DNA from: Fimbriosthenelais zetlandica
Lineage: Eukaryota
Reading direction: 5' to 3'
DNA length: 64,000 nt
Assembly: GCA_977030845.1 (NCBI GenBank)
Contig: OZ365114.1
Coordinates: 26,412,001 to 26,476,000, forward strand
Part shown: positions 26,761 to 40,400 of the stretch, one piece after another
Numbering within the stretch: the first letter of the stretch is position 1
How the letters are laid out: the number at the start of each line of letters is the position of its first letter
Translations under genes and position numbers: made by a program
Notes under the pieces: model-generated
Database searches by the model: none
Seen by the model: the letters and a program-made list of their open reading frames with translations, nothing else
Told to the model about the DNA's origin: nothing

Positions 26761-27499
26761 TACTTCCCTTAGAGGATCAATACATCTGACTCCCATTTTT
26801 GAAATGGAGCAAAACATGAGAAGTTTTTCCTTCTATTTTCTTATGCATGCTGTCAGACTGACGCTCCCTATTTAAATCACCGAGGACCATTTGAGGGAAC
26901 AAAATGCACAAATATTAAGGAATTTAAAATGTCAATTCTCATGAGAGTGAAATAACGAAAAGATCAATGTCTTCAGAGTAGGGTTAGGCATCCTGTTACC
27001 CGTTTTCATTCTAAAGTTATACTCCCCCTAGCTAACTAAGGTCTTTCTAAGGCCTAACATAACAACATTTTAAGCTCTACTATTATATTATGGCACTGCA
27101 TTTTTTTCCCACGTTGCAAGGGATTCAGAAATCTAGCCACCTTAAACCCTGGTCTCATATCAACATCAAAATCAAATCCCACTTTATTCCTTCTGCTTCA
27201 CAATTTCCAGAGAAATGCTGGTGGAAACCATTTTTGCCAGGTTAAAGTTGTAAATACCATTTTTGCCTGTCGGATCTAATGGCCAGATTTGTACTTGTGT
27301 GTGTAATAGGCTGGTCGCATGCACAGTGTCAAACATGGCAATGATATTAATGCCAAAAGTGATATGGCTTAGAAAAACTCAAAAACTCCCCTGTCAAATG
27401 GAAAGTTCATGCAATCAAATTGTCCAATAAAGATGAAAGAGAATATGGTAGTAGCAGCTTTGAGCTTGTATTTTACTTCCAGATTCCAGAACCAGTATA

Positions 27500-28310
27500 A
27501 CGTTCTTTCAGCTCCGATTGGAATATGAAGCATTGGCGGAATTATCCTCCTTCAGGAAATCACAATTTATTCTACTGGGATACGGGGTTACCATTTGAGT
27601 CAGTGATTCGATTATGGCGTGTCATATGAACATTGACAATGCCATGATTCCATTTCACTTTTCATAATAGTCCAGAAGCAGCCGAAGAACACTCCATGCC
27701 ATGCGAAATATATGCAAGGACGACCATATACTGACTAGCTCACCATTTTACAGACCCATTTAATTCTATGTTTGAAAGAAATTACAATTTTCCCATGTTC
27801 AGCATCCATTACCGACATGTCTAATAAGATTTAAGATGTTTTAAGACGGTAAAATACCATTTAAAGATCCCATCAACAGTGTCGTAATTTGTATCTGAAA
27901 GTTCATACGGCAGTTGGACATGAGGTATATGTTGGAAATGAATTCCCCACACATTTCCTCCAGTCCTTGAAGCCTTTCTAACATGTCCTTCTGAGTATTT
28001 AAGAAAAAAAGGATCCGGCCACATGTCTCTGAACAATTACTTGCTCTAGTAATATCCAATTTGCATGGAGGGGGAATGTAAGCCTGCAACACGCTATAGA
28101 TGTATTTTTATGATCCAATATTTCCCTCCGTCTCTTCTCAGACATGTGATAAGAGCTGGTTTATTGAATTTGATCTCCGTACATTTGATTGCGCACGAAA
28201 GACACTGTGCAATCTTTGTTCATTCCAATTTTATAAGAGGCACTTATTAGCCTAAGATGAACTATTGCACTTGTAATAGTCATGATTGGAAACTTTCACA
28301 GCATTTTTTA
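27500..28310 (-). mobile_element. Decayed MULE (Mutator) transposase remnant with FLYWCH-like N-terminus
   Basis: TVDGIFKWYFTVLKHL (ORF 27821-28036; DGTFK..P..FxQL), FGCFW ~27680 (GCxFH), YYKC..C..H ~28130-28280. Confidence 0.55.
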
Positions 28311-28559
28311 CTTTTAAAAGCGATTGCTTCTTGTATTACCAAGAACGGTTAGCGTCTAGGAAGTAAAGTTCCACAGACTTTTTGCCACAACATATGATGT
28401 GTTTGAATTGCTTCAATTTCTAGCTTACAAAGCTTCTAAAGACCCAATTGATAAGACTCCCACACACAAGCGATAATAGACTCCCACATATATCCAGCGA
28501 ATCTTCGTAAAACACAACTCACCTAAAGGTTTTCCGGTAGAATATTGTGCTGATTCCTG

Positions 28560-29100
28560 CTAGTGAGCGATATTAGGCCATCCAAGGCAAAAACGCCGTG
28601 TATGTTACATGTTGAGAGCTGCAAATATCCCCACCACTCGTTACTCATCATCGAGCAATCCCATATAAAGTCATGTCCCTCTGCTAGCCGCCCCTTTTAT
28701 TTTCTTACCCAAGTCATTGACTTGCAAATCAAGTGATAGTAATCAGAAGAAGAGCTCTTCTGACAATTGAAACAATTAAATTTTACCCCAGAGCCTGCTT
28801 GGCTGGCTTTGAGTAGAAGCCTCAGCGGGACTGTTCGCTAAGACTTCTCATAGGATGGGGACGTATATGAACAATAAGAACAAGTATATCAATAATCATC
28901 ACAAGCTCCTGATCCTTCTATACAATCTATCTTTAGGAACAACTTTACCATGATATATACACACAAAAAAAGCTTGTTTCAAAACAAATGTCAGTAATGG
29001 TAAGACAGTCGTAAAACTGATTAAGGTAATCCAAATGGCCAAACGCAACATTGAATCATTATAATATTAAGGATAGTAACATAATCCTTTCATGAAAAGT
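28560..29100 (-). mobile_element. Decayed LINE RT fragment
   Basis: LDYLNQFYDCL ~29000-29035 (LDLSxAFDxV-like), VNDLGKKIK..LYM..DD ~28650-28730 (INDLP..YADD-like). Weak. Confidence 0.35.
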
Positions 29101-29283
29101 CAGTCTTAAAAAATTAACAATATTCAGTGGCTTTCTCCATATATTATTCTTCACTTTTAAGCATTGAAAGAATGGTCTTAAGATCCGGTCAGAATGCAAT
29201 TAATTCTAGAGAATTCTATAGGGAAATTAAGCAGCATTGTTTGAAAGCTAAATGCTTCATGAATGCATGTTAAAGGTCTTAAG

Positions 29284-29317
29284 TTTTTTCCTATGTTTTT
29301 TCCTATGTTTTCCTATG
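29284..29317. repeat. Short tandem repeat (ttttttcctatg)x3
   Basis: Seen directly; the third copy is 2 nt shorter. Confidence 0.85.
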
Positions 29318-30374
29318 TTAACCAATCTTCTTATTCTTTAGACAAAGCTTCTTCTACTACTAGAAAATGCTTCACAAATGATTGGACAAAGCACAACAAA
29401 TATCCCTATTGTAAACAATGCTATGGACCAGAGGTAGGAAAACATACAAGCCTATACATTATACTAAGAGAATGCCTGCAGCTTTGGGTAAGTAGCAAGT
29501 TCCTGGGTGCTCGGAAATCGTTTATGTAGTTAGGGGGTCGTTAGTGGATTTTTTGACTTAATCACTCTCGCTAGGTTCGGAAGTAAGCAGTCACTATAGG
29601 TTTCCTAATCTCTAGGGGCTCGAGGCCACAAAATGAGCTTCTCAACCCCAAGAGTAACTGGTGAGCTCCTCAGAGACAGTCATGTATAAATGTATATCCA
29701 TTGTAAGATCAGGCAAAACAGATAAAGATTATGTTTATCTATATTGTAATTTGTGCTTTTCTCCATCTTGCCCAGAAGGATAATATTATATCGCAGCAAG
29801 TCACAGAGGTGTTTCTTTGTGTAAAAAAAGTTGACATTGTACAAGAACTTAACTGCAAACAAATTTCGCACAAACTATCTACGATATTTTGTAGCTCGAT
29901 TTGCGAGTCCTAGAAAGTCCTAGAAAGTGACCTATGAAGGAGGGAAGGGAATCGTGTATTAATATTGATACACGACAGTGGACCCACCATATTCTTGTAA
30001 GGTTATAAGGGGGCGGTGCACTCAATCAAATCTGTCACTCAAAGTGATCACATTGGGGCCTGACCAGCCCCATAGCGTGCACGAATTTAGAAGCCATTTA
30101 ATGACACCCATATATATCTCAGAAAACAAATTTCCTTCCCAGTTCCTCCCAACCACACACCCACACACACGAACGTAAATGCCCAAGAAAGAAAGACGTA
30201 TCATGTGACTGCAATGTCTATCAAGTGAATTGTACCCGGATGAAACAAAATAGTATTTCCATCCGTTGCAGTAAAATAGATATCTGAAATTCCTGTCATC
30301 GTGCAAGTTTTTTTCATCGTCTAATCCCCATGATCCGTGTTCAAAATGAGATAGAAGCCATGTTCTGACATGGC

Positions 30375-30660
30375 CCTCAGTGACGTCATATAGAGGGCGT
30401 TCATGACGCACGTGTCACTCCCGGAAGCTGATCGACCCCAAGGACACCCAATCAGAGGCTTTGACACATCGTAGGCCAGCCAATGAAAAATCCCGATAGA
30501 TGAGATCAGTGCTGATTGGCTTACTAATACAAGGCTTAGAAGGATGCATGGGACATCATCAAGAATACTGTGGGCACGGGGTGGGCGATGAAGGCGGCAG
30601 ACTTTATATCAAAAATGACGAAGATGGCGGATTTTATCAGTGATCAGGGTATAAATATGT
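30375..30660. promoter_or_regulatory. Promoter-like CpG island: CRE, E-box, ETS, three phased CCAAT boxes, YY1, TATA-like
   Basis: TGACGTCA 30381-30388, CACGTG 30409-30414, CCGGAAG 30421-30427, CCAAT 30448 and 30480, ATTGG 30515, AAGATGGCGG 30621-30630, TATAAA ~30650. Confidence 0.55.
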
Positions 30661-31935
30661 CATCATGCACCCTCAAATAGGATCAGCCATTCTATACCCA
30701 AGACATGAATTTAGACGTGTATCAGTCCGATGCCTATCACTGCAAAGAAAGCCACTAGTCAGTAGTACTGTCCAACTTAAATTCTCTTATCCCCAAATAA
30801 ATATCTGTATATGCCCCAAAAGAACTACACAAAGGAATTTCCAAATTGTTCTTGATTTCATGAAAAATACAAGCTTATTTTGAGCGATTCTGCAACAATG
30901 ACCATATAAATTTGGCATTGGCATGGAAATGCTATTATAGGTGGATGCATTTCCTTTGTGATTTAGTAGAGCATTGAGCAGGCAGATTGGGGGTAGTAGT
31001 GAGTTAGAGGCGGTCTAGATGGCGCTGACAGTAGATATCCTCTTATGATGAGGTTACTGCGCATGCGTAACCCAGGATGAGGTGGACAGGTCAGTGAGGT
31101 CGCATGTGTGCATGATCTACAGTTGAAATAGCTTGCAATGTCCATAAAGAAACAGTAATCACCTCCCCTCCCTATCTATCACATCACAACCTGGGTTAGA
31201 GGACATGAATGGTAATGAATCTACGATCTCCCTTCATATAACAAGCTGCTAAGCTAATGAATATTTTCAATGCATGGATAATTATTTAAAGTAGAAAGAA
31301 TCACTTGAAGAGTGGAGCATAACCTATGTGGTTATTGTATACAGGGTTTTGCACCTCGTCAATGGCGAGGGTTTGCGAGGGTCGGCGAGAATTAATAGCA
31401 AAGAGCCATTCAAACGACACCATTGCATATTATGCAATGCATTGTATATTGCATTAAATAATGATTCTATGTAATGCAATCGTTTGACGAGGGGCTTTAT
31501 GCCATAAATATTATAGGGAATATTGTAAATGATTTGAATAATCTTTTGTTAAAAGACAATCACTATTTTTTGTTTTGATTTTCACAGGGAAATTGTAGAA
31601 CATCCACAGTACATGTGTGAGCCTCCCTACCCCTACCCATCCCCCACCCCACCCCCCACCCACCAGCCTCCCCGCCCCACCTCCTCATGCCCCACCCTAT
31701 TACCTCCAACACCCTGTCTCCCTATTCAACAACATGTAAGCCACAAATCTGACACCATCTTCAAAGCACTGCCTCTCATCCCATGGCTTCCAGGCCTCCT
31801 CCCTCCAGCCCTGCTGTCCCTCCCCTTTCAAGGCAGGCTGGTGGGGAGGGGGCGGGGGGTGGAGGGGGGGGGGGGAGGGGGTTGGTGGGTTTGGTTCGTC
31901 TTCCTAAGATTTTAAAATGAAATCTCTTCAATTTA

Positions 31936-32450
31936 ATGGATTTTCTTGCGCCGCTTACTTTCTTAAACACTAGAAGTCTCAAGAAAATCCCAGAAATTAA
32001 AGCGTTTAATTATCCCAAACATTACATGGAGGGGGCCCCATCCTCCTCCTGGAAAATCAGAGGATTTGCCCCAGCCATCCTTCCCATCTTATACTACTCC
32101 ACAAAAGACCTCCCGGTCCATCATTGTCACCTCCCCTTTCCCAACTCCTTCCAGCAAATCCATATGATCATGCCTTTCCTCCCTTTCTCCCTTGTGAACC
32201 ATCGGGCTTTGAAGTTGGGAACAGGGCTGGTATGAATTGAATTCGTCCTGATTGAAAATGGGAGGGAATTGGGAAGGGGTGGATGTAGTGGCGGAGGGCA
32301 TGGGGAAGGTCCCCCGCCTTTGACACACCACTGTCCTGATCCAACTTCTACAAGGCAAATCGACTTCAGTAGTTTGGGTTTGGTCTTCTACAATACATGT
32401 AGTGTTATGACATCTGGGTCTCTCCAATTCTGCTCCCCTCTATACAGGAA
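31936..32450 (+). mobile_element. Decayed LINE APE endonuclease fragment
   Basis: LTFLNTRSLKKIPEI (ORF 31936; LNxRSLxNK), RGFAPAI (RGGGVAI), QIDFS (GDFN). Confidence 0.45.
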
Positions 32451-32499
32451 GGAGAAAGCATTGGTGGATGGAATAAGGAAAGGCTCAAATGGGTGAACC

Positions 32500-33950
32500 T
32501 GAGGAGTTCCATATATAATTATACTTCTCTATCTTTACCTCTTTGATTTTAGCCGACACAGTTTCTAATCAGTTTCACAAAATTGAGCCAAACTAGTCAC
32601 AGACACAGAAGTCCATAATAAGTGAAAAATCTGTATAAGGCGAGTTTTGCATGATGAGGGTCTTGGCTATTAACATCGAATGTTTCCTTTATAATTTAGC
32701 AGCAAAAGAGCAAATTCTTTCAGCCATGTTGTAGGAGTCAACATTGAGGAAAAAGTCCATTTTTCCACCAGGTACATAACAATTCCTGACTGCAGCCTTG
32801 TCAGCAGTGGACAGGTAACGTTACTGCATGCCCTGTGCTTCTTTTTTGCTGAATCAACAGATTTTCCTTCGAGGGCGAAGAAGAAAATGCCAGAAATAAG
32901 AAAAAAATCAGCATAAATAATAGCATGATTGTCTTGGCCCGGGGAGTTGATAAAGTATTAAGGGAGCTGATAGCTGTGGGTAAATCATGGCGCGTTCATC
33001 TATTTTGTATATATGTGGAGTTCCTGGGGCGGGATGGAGGGAGGGGGTAGAGTATAATGGATGAGGGTGACCCTCTAAGCTGGAAGATTTGGCATTCAGG
33101 TGGGTCTTGGTCAGTGGAGGCCACATGTGCGCTCCACCTCTGAGAAAATGATGAATGGATGATAATTGGATTATCCTCAGAGCTTGGTGAAAGTTGCTGA
33201 AGCAGCTTATACCTTATCTACGTCTACATTATAGAGGATAACTCACTCTTACACCTGAGCTGTCCTGTCATATGCTTCTATCTTAAGATATGGATAATTA
33301 GGGGATTTATAAATTTATACAAAATACCATAGCTTTGTAGAGGCATCGCCCAAGAGGTTATCATTATATGGGTGCATTAAAATAACAAAAAGTATCATAA
33401 AACTGAATGTTTTAAAAATGTTTTAAAAGTGACATAGCCAGGAGCATGAATACAACTATGAATAAGGTATAAGGTATGAAGGAAACCCAAGTAACGCTTC
33501 CCTCCAATTCGTTTCTATGTAACCTAACCTAAAGCTATTTTGGTTGCTGAAGCTGGAAAAGCACCGACTGATGTCTTAATGACGTCAGGCTTAAAAAAAA
33601 CTTTGGTAAAAACATCCCATGACGATATATTGATCTTCTTCAACACAGAACATTAAAAAACCTGTTCTTGTCAAACAAAAGTCCTTTGATTTGGCTATAG
33701 TTGAATGTTTAATCTTTTGCAATAGAAAAATGCACATTATATCCTTGTGCCTGAGGGCTAGAAGTCTTGGGTGCATTTTTGGGTTTGAATGTCGTATGGA
33801 GCCATGCACCCAATAAGGAACAACCATAGCCCGGGGCTGTGGAAATTCATTACAGGCTATTACAGGTTCTGTACTCTTTACCTCCAGCATTTTGCACTTG
33901 GGTTTATGCCGCAAAATACCCAGTTATGTTGCTTAAAGTATGAAATGCGG
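32500..33950 (+). mobile_element. Decayed Ty3/Gypsy pol (RT, possibly protease)
   Basis: LDYPQSL..AYTL ~33170-33220 (DYRxLN..DAYPLP), RGYHYM ~33355, SNASLQF (GLxNAPxxFQ), DDILIFFNTEH 33621-33653 (YLDDILIFS..EEH), FLGLNV, GYYRF 33855-33869. Confidence 0.65.
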
Positions 33951-35459
33951 ACGGAGTACACTCTGGCCCTATCAGAATTGATACAGCATTTAATCAGGGG
34001 AAGAGATACTAAGATCAAATCAGCCAGCTCTTCTCCATCTTTATCACCCATCCCTACTCAACCCTACAGCCAAACCGGAAGTGGCACAGGAAGTGGGCCA
34101 TTGTAGAGAAATACAGGTCCCCGGATGGAAACAACCCCCAAGTGGAAGGGCCCTAAACTATTACAAATAAATCTACTGTGAAGGGCCGGCGGCCGAATAG
34201 GGGTATACTTGAATAACGTCAATTGGGAAGGAATCCCGCTGATACAAGTGACTGGGACTGGGACTGGGATGTCCACAGGGCAGGTTCTTATAGGGAGTAA
34301 GGAAAGCGGATCATCAGAGAACCAGCTTATCTGCACGATAATGTTTACATACACCCTGGTTAAGATTACCATATTACTTACCGCACTGCCATAGCAATAG
34401 TCAATGCAGAAACTAGTGTAATTCGTTTAAATAACCACATTAATAAGAAAACAATAGGTTTCTTAGGTTGCCCTGAGATTGAACATCGGGACAGTAAATA
34501 CCATTACAAGCATGGTGTACATGGGAGGGGAAAAGGAAGGAGAAGCTGTATAGGGAAATAGTGGGCTGTATAGGGGAGTACAGGGCTGCCTTCATACTGG
34601 CTGTAAGGTAAAAGCACACAAATGAAAGGCCCGTGTAATTGACACCCCCAGCAACCTGGATGTATGACACTTACACAGTGCAAGACCCATGAAGGCTGAG
34701 GTAGAGGCAGAGTGATGGTTAGCCGGGGGAGATTCGGGGTGTAGGGGGAGGGGGTGGAGCCATGTAGAGTGATGGGGGAGGCCTGGAAAACATTCTAAAT
34801 GTGGGGCAGGACATATATGTAGCTTTCACAAAATGAGAAATGTGGGTGGGTCATTGACCGTCAACTTGTCAAAGATACCCTAGAATGATGGACCATGTAC
34901 GAGCCTACTACCCCTACCCCCTACCCCCTACCCCCCACTCCCAACCCCCACCCCCCGGCTCCTCCAGGGCTGCCAGAAGGAGAAGTAAGAGAAGTTGTAA
35001 TGGCTGGAAGAAATGGTGTTAATAGGCTTGGGAGTGTGTGCAAGAGGCAAAAGGTTCTGGCAATGGCAGCAAGGGATCAAGGCACCGCTCAAGGCTGTCT
35101 TTCTGCTGTCTGTGAAAAGAATAACATAAATAGGTGAAAATTGTATGTAAATTGTCTCCTATTAGGGCCATGAGGGCTGCCGAGATCTATAGGCGGGACT
35201 GAAAGACCCAGAAGCATATTATGTTTCAAATAGACGCAAATAGATAAATCGTAGCTTAATCATAGCGCCTGGATTCAATTATGCGCTGTAATTATGTTAC
35301 ATATAGCAGTAATGATATATGATCGCTGTAATAAAGGAGCGAAAATAAACTTCATATTATATGTAAATGATTAAAATGACCTCATATCTGCAGGAGGGTG
35401 TTTGTGAATAACAGAAAAAACCTATTGTGATATTTTACATTCAAATATAACCTAGAATT

Positions 35460-37300
35460 ATGCTGATGCTGCATTATGATATTTTGAAGGGAACACTTCC
35501 CATTGTCTCTGGTAACAATGCATCATATCATTTACTTCATTACAGGTCAAATATGTACTTGTACATGTGTATATCTAGAATCTCAAACCTGAACTTTAAC
35601 ACGCTACATCAAGCCTACAGCTGCTGGTATAGAGGCCATCAAAGTTCAGAAACAATATCGCTTCGATTGGCCTCCTGGGAAATTCAGCCCAAGGCTTTTC
35701 CATATAAACAAAAGTATGCAACTATTAGCTCCAGGCCTCCACATCAATTTGTATCCAGGATAGACAGAGCTCATCGAAGACCATGCATGGCAATGGCTTA
35801 CGATCCCAGCAGGTCAAAGTAACAAAGTACACTACAATTACTGCATATTTATAAACACTAACAATAAAGACTTTGAATAATATACACCCTTGGCGCCTTT
35901 GAAAAGTAAATAAAAATGTGGATTAAAATGAAGTGATTTTGGATTTATTCAATGAGTGCATGATCAGCATTGGAATGACTATAGATAATCATGTTTGATC
36001 AGAATAATTCTGAAATTAATCACTGATGGAATGTTTAAGATTTCCTATTGAACGCCTGATAGGAATGACCATTAGGTTTGTTCAATTAGTGGCCAATATC
36101 TCCTTTTTAACCTCGGGTCAAGGCATCTGCCAAAAGCATTCTTTCACGATCTTTAATTGGAACCTGCGTCCCCAATTCCTAACCCTTGCATGTCCTGAAG
36201 CAATCGAAATGAAATGGTAATGTTTTAAGAAAAGAAAATGAGAAAAAATAATGGAACTGTGTCCTATATTTCCAACTCAGACATCAATCATATACTGGTT
36301 TTTAATCAGCCAATCAATTACGGGACATTGCCTCGTCATTCTCTTCATCAGGTACCATTTAAAACCAAGGTCAGGTCTTTAATGCTGTCCTTTAATACGG
36401 ACATGTTTGTCAAAAGCTATATATTTGAACGTAAAAATTGCAACAAAAAATACCTCCACTTATTGCATAGTTAAGAGGATTGCCTAGGGATATTTTAAGC
36501 AGAATGATGCAGGAATGCTTAAATGGCCTATAACTATAAGCCTACCTGGGGATATGGAGCATATGAAGCAGTGTAATTAGCTGGCTGGGTAGGTATTCCC
36601 TTTGTGTGGAATCTGCGGGATGGCTAGCTCCCATACCTCCATATACACAGACAGCCCAGACTGCTATTTGTACAGGCACACAGACATGGATTTGTGAGAG
36701 TAAAGTATAAAATCTTTTGATGTTTATGTCTGGATGGTGAGGTGATATATTGGAATGAATATAGCCTAATTGACTAATGGCTTCCTCAGAGTGCTTTCCA
36801 CAACAGCTTCCTAGGACTATAACAAAGAGGTAATCATCACTAATGTTCATGTCTGGAAACTTGTTCATTTAACATGGCTTTTGAATAAGGCACATTGCAG
36901 TGTAACATGTGAGGGAAATGCTCTAGTGAAAGAGGCTTTAAAACTGATTGGACACTTACTTTTGTAATAAAAATGCTGAAATTATCTTATCCTGTTGATT
37001 TTATGGTCCTGATAGCAATTGCTTGATTAGAAAGATTATTAATTAAAAGCAAAATATAATGCTGTCACCTGATAGTATTAAGTTATTAGGTTTTTATGAT
37101 CTTATCTCAAAATATAACTAATTCAGCTGATATTAATTTTGTTAATGAAATGTAAAACTGAACAAGATGAGGGCAAATACACACAGTTCAGTCACCTTAT
37201 GATTAATTTCTAGGCTCGGTTCATTCGACATTAAAACTAAACGTTGCAATCTTTTGACCATGTATGCAGCGAATGTATAAGAAATGTATGTTTGTTTCCT
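35460..37300 (+). mobile_element. Decayed Helentron/Helitron2 Rep remnant
   Basis: PKAFPY..RP (AFPxLFPxG), ICQK..NLRPQFLTLAC..W (YWQ..QLGxPTFFLTLSxA..W), PRHSLHQV (ARHFDHRV), YIFER..YLHLLH (motif-2-like), CFPQ (CRFxFP), ADINFVNEM (NMDIQFVLD). All are in Rep order. Confidence 0.55.
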
Positions 37301-37969
37301 CCAAACAGAATTCGGCGGATTTTCAACTGAGAACAGTAAATTAACGCAAATTGGTTCAATTCTGAACACGACCACTGAGGCAGAGTTAATTGAGCTTCCT
37401 CCAGGGCTGGACCCTTCCTGTAGTGCCATCTAGTGAGCTTTTGTGGAAGCAGAATGACTAGGTTTCCCTACTGGCTTGTTTACCTTCTGAGTCTGATGGA
37501 AAGTGCTGCAAAAAGGGAGGGAAGAAGCTAATGAAGGAAGAAATAGAGGCAAAGAAATAGAGAAACTGAAGGAAATGGGGGACAATCAGGATATGAGACG
37601 CGCCAGGAAACGGTTGGATTTGAAGAGGAAAACTGGGGAAAAGAAATTACATTGAAGGAAACACTCAAGCAGGACAGTTAGTCTGGGACGGAGGAATTCA
37701 ATAAGTTGATGGAGTAACCGAGGAAGTTGTGAGCCACAAAGCAAAAAAATAAGTCAAGAAATCAATGAATCAATGTAGGCGAGGAGTGTAAAGTTAAACA
37801 AGGGACTGCTAAATTGTTTTTCAATAAAAGAATTAAATTCCCTAAGCTAAAATCCACTATAGTGATGCTGTAAATTTGCTGATTCTCTCGCTGGAGCTAT
37901 AAGGTATGGCTGGAGGTTTTTGAGCTTGTCAATAACTGTTTTGGACTGTGTTCAGCCATGCCTGAATTG

Positions 37970-38600
37970 TGCACGTGCTACTTGCCTCCCGCGCGCCCTC
38001 TGGATATATCTTGCTCACCACAGATGCTCAAATCAAGCCTAACCCCACCAGATTGTCTCATCACCTACTCCTTCATTGGCAAACTCCTCTAACCTCCTTC
38101 TGTGTGAGCAAACCTGTCATCCCTCTTTGTCATGAACACTCTCGTGCTCCCTTCTGGTATACCCACATACCTATCTCCCCCTTGACTCGGTATTGGGTAC
38201 CTTTCTATCCATGAATGCCCCCATTCTTTGTCTCCAACTACCCTGAAAGGTTACATTCGATCCCCCATCCCCTTTGTTTCCCTCTTTTCTCCTGCCAATG
38301 AGTTCCACTCTGACCCCTTGTTGTTTGCCTGTCCTTTCCTCTTCCTGCATACCCTTCTTTCTCCTCTCTTCTATTCCATTCTCCCCTTCACCTCTTCTAC
38401 CATCCACCATTCCCCAGTCTCTCCCACCCCCACCCTCACTCCTAAGACCCAACTCATGCCAGTCTCTCTTAGACACGGATTTACAGACTTGCTCGTTCGT
38501 TTCATTACTTGCTTAATGACCTGAAAGAGCAACATACCCCAGCTACCTTCTGTTGGCGGGAGCAGTTCATGCTCTACAGGCCAGCTAAGAGCTGCTCCAG
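37970..38600 (+). mobile_element. Decayed L2/CR1 endonuclease fragment (pyrimidine-rich)
   Basis: ORF 38228-38524: GYIRSP (YRPP), NEFHSDP (GDFNxHxD), TQLMPVSLRHGFTDLLV (LxQxVxxPTHxxGHTLDLV). Confidence 0.45.
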
Positions 38601-38898
38601 GGCTGCTTATATAGGAGATGGAGCTGGTGTTTTCCTCCCAAATGCTTGCTCTCACTCCCTTCCCTCCTCATCCCAATGCCTGCCCTTCCTTACACCCCTG
38701 TCCCATTCACATCTCACGCAAGGGCATTAGTATGAAGAATTATATCACAGCATAGTAATCATGCTTAGTTAGAGTGGAAACATGTGAAAAACATGCTAGC
38801 GTTTTGATTTATTTAATAATCACTTAGAACATTCTCTCTCAACTTCATCATCTGGGAATCCTGCTCTGAGACAATTTCAGCTCAGAAATAGTGTTTTC

Positions 38899-38946
38899 AT
38901 GAACATTGAAGTATACAAATATATGAACATTGAAGTATGCAAATAT
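38899..38946. repeat. 24-bp tandem duplication (1 mismatch)
   Basis: atgaacattgaagtat(a/g)caaatat x2. Confidence 0.9.
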
Positions 38947-39699
38947 TAAATATATCGAGGTAATATATTTTAGTTAATGTCAGCCGTCCTGCAGGTGGCT
39001 GTACACCAGACCATATATGCCACCTCCAGAGAAGTCTATTGGGGGCAGAAGTAGTATAGGCAAAGTGTGACCTTAGCTAGGCGATGGGGCAGTTCAAACA
39101 CGGATACTATACGAACTGAGGTTGGTTATATACAATGCTGAGAGTGTATGATTAATAGCTTCAGGGTTAGATGTTTTATGTGATGTAAGAATGTGATAAA
39201 AGTCTGGTTTAAAAGTGAAGCAAAGGAACCAGACTCTAGCTTCTTATTCCTCTCACCTCCCCTCAGCTCAACTCACCCGGTTCTTTACCTCCATCTAAAC
39301 CCCGCCGTCTCCTCTAACCCCATCCCCCTCCTCCACACTACCCCCTCACAGTCCAGGAACAATACCCTCTGATTCCCTACTCCTCCAAAACTCTCCACCC
39401 CTATTCCACATCCAAGTCTCGTCCGGGCGAGATCTCAGCGATACTGCGCGAGATTTCTGAAGTAGCAGATCTAGGAGTACTGATGGCGTCTGGTAGGCGC
39501 CCAGTGGGGGAATCCCACCCCTTACCTCCCCCCCCCCCCCCCCCCCCCCACCCCCGCTGAAATGACCAGACCATTTTTTCTCACCTTCTGCTTTGAAAGG
39601 GTCTCTGATCATCCTGGGAGAGAATCACAAAGTTGGCTTGGTATTCCCGGGAGCATCTGATATTTGTATCATCAGTAGTGTTGGGTTAGTCAGTATATT

Positions 39700-40400
39700 G
39701 GAAGGTATTTTTATTCGAGATGTGATGAATCGAAAGCTGATTGGGATAGAGTGGCGATGATTTCAAATTTATTTAAGCTTACAGCATTTTTTGTGTGAAA
39801 AATCAACGGTTTCTTTCGTAAGATAAAGACACACTATTGTTACCAAGGGAGTGAATAAGCTCATCTGATAATTATTGTGAGCTTCTTTGTAAAGGGTAAA
39901 ATGGTTTCTTTTAAGCCTTTTCAGGCAAAATCGGGATTTATCTTTCTTTCAGAGGCACAGATTTTCCACCTGGATTTCCATCTTTGTTCCTGTTAATGGC
40001 CTCCGATGCAATTCTTGAGCAAAACAATCGTTGCCAAGTTCTGACACCCTTTATGGCCTGGTGGACCTTGCCCCCATTGCCAAACATGAGAAAATTAAGT
40101 CAGCCTAAGATCCTGCACCTGTGCACAAACTGCCTTCAACAACATTGTCTCATGTCGGCCGGGCCTCCATTTTAGTTCACAAGGACATCCACAGGGGCAC
40201 AAGAGCCCTACCTGCCACACGGGGGCGCCACAAGGAAGGACGGTAACATCATTACCCCTCTGGCGGCCACCAGCCATACTATATTCATGCCAACTAATAA
40301 GTTACTTTGAATGCTGGGAATCGGTTTAGGACTGCCACAGGGAGTTAGGCTACACGAGTCGAATTGAATCATGGGAGAAGCCTGACTTGTAGTTCGCCTT
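39700..40400 (+). mobile_element. Decayed Academ(X)-like remnant
   Basis: HLIIIV-SFFVKGKMVSFK 39863-39915 (HAFTGCDTTSxFxGKGKxxxWK), then LCTNCLQQHC (LPPTxxALxQH). Confidence 0.45.

Noticed and set aside
26734-39441. 16-bp inverted identity TCGCTGAGATCTCGCC (26734-26749 vs 39426-39441)
   Set aside because: About one 16-mer match is expected by chance in a 64-kb self-comparison, and the flanks do not extend.
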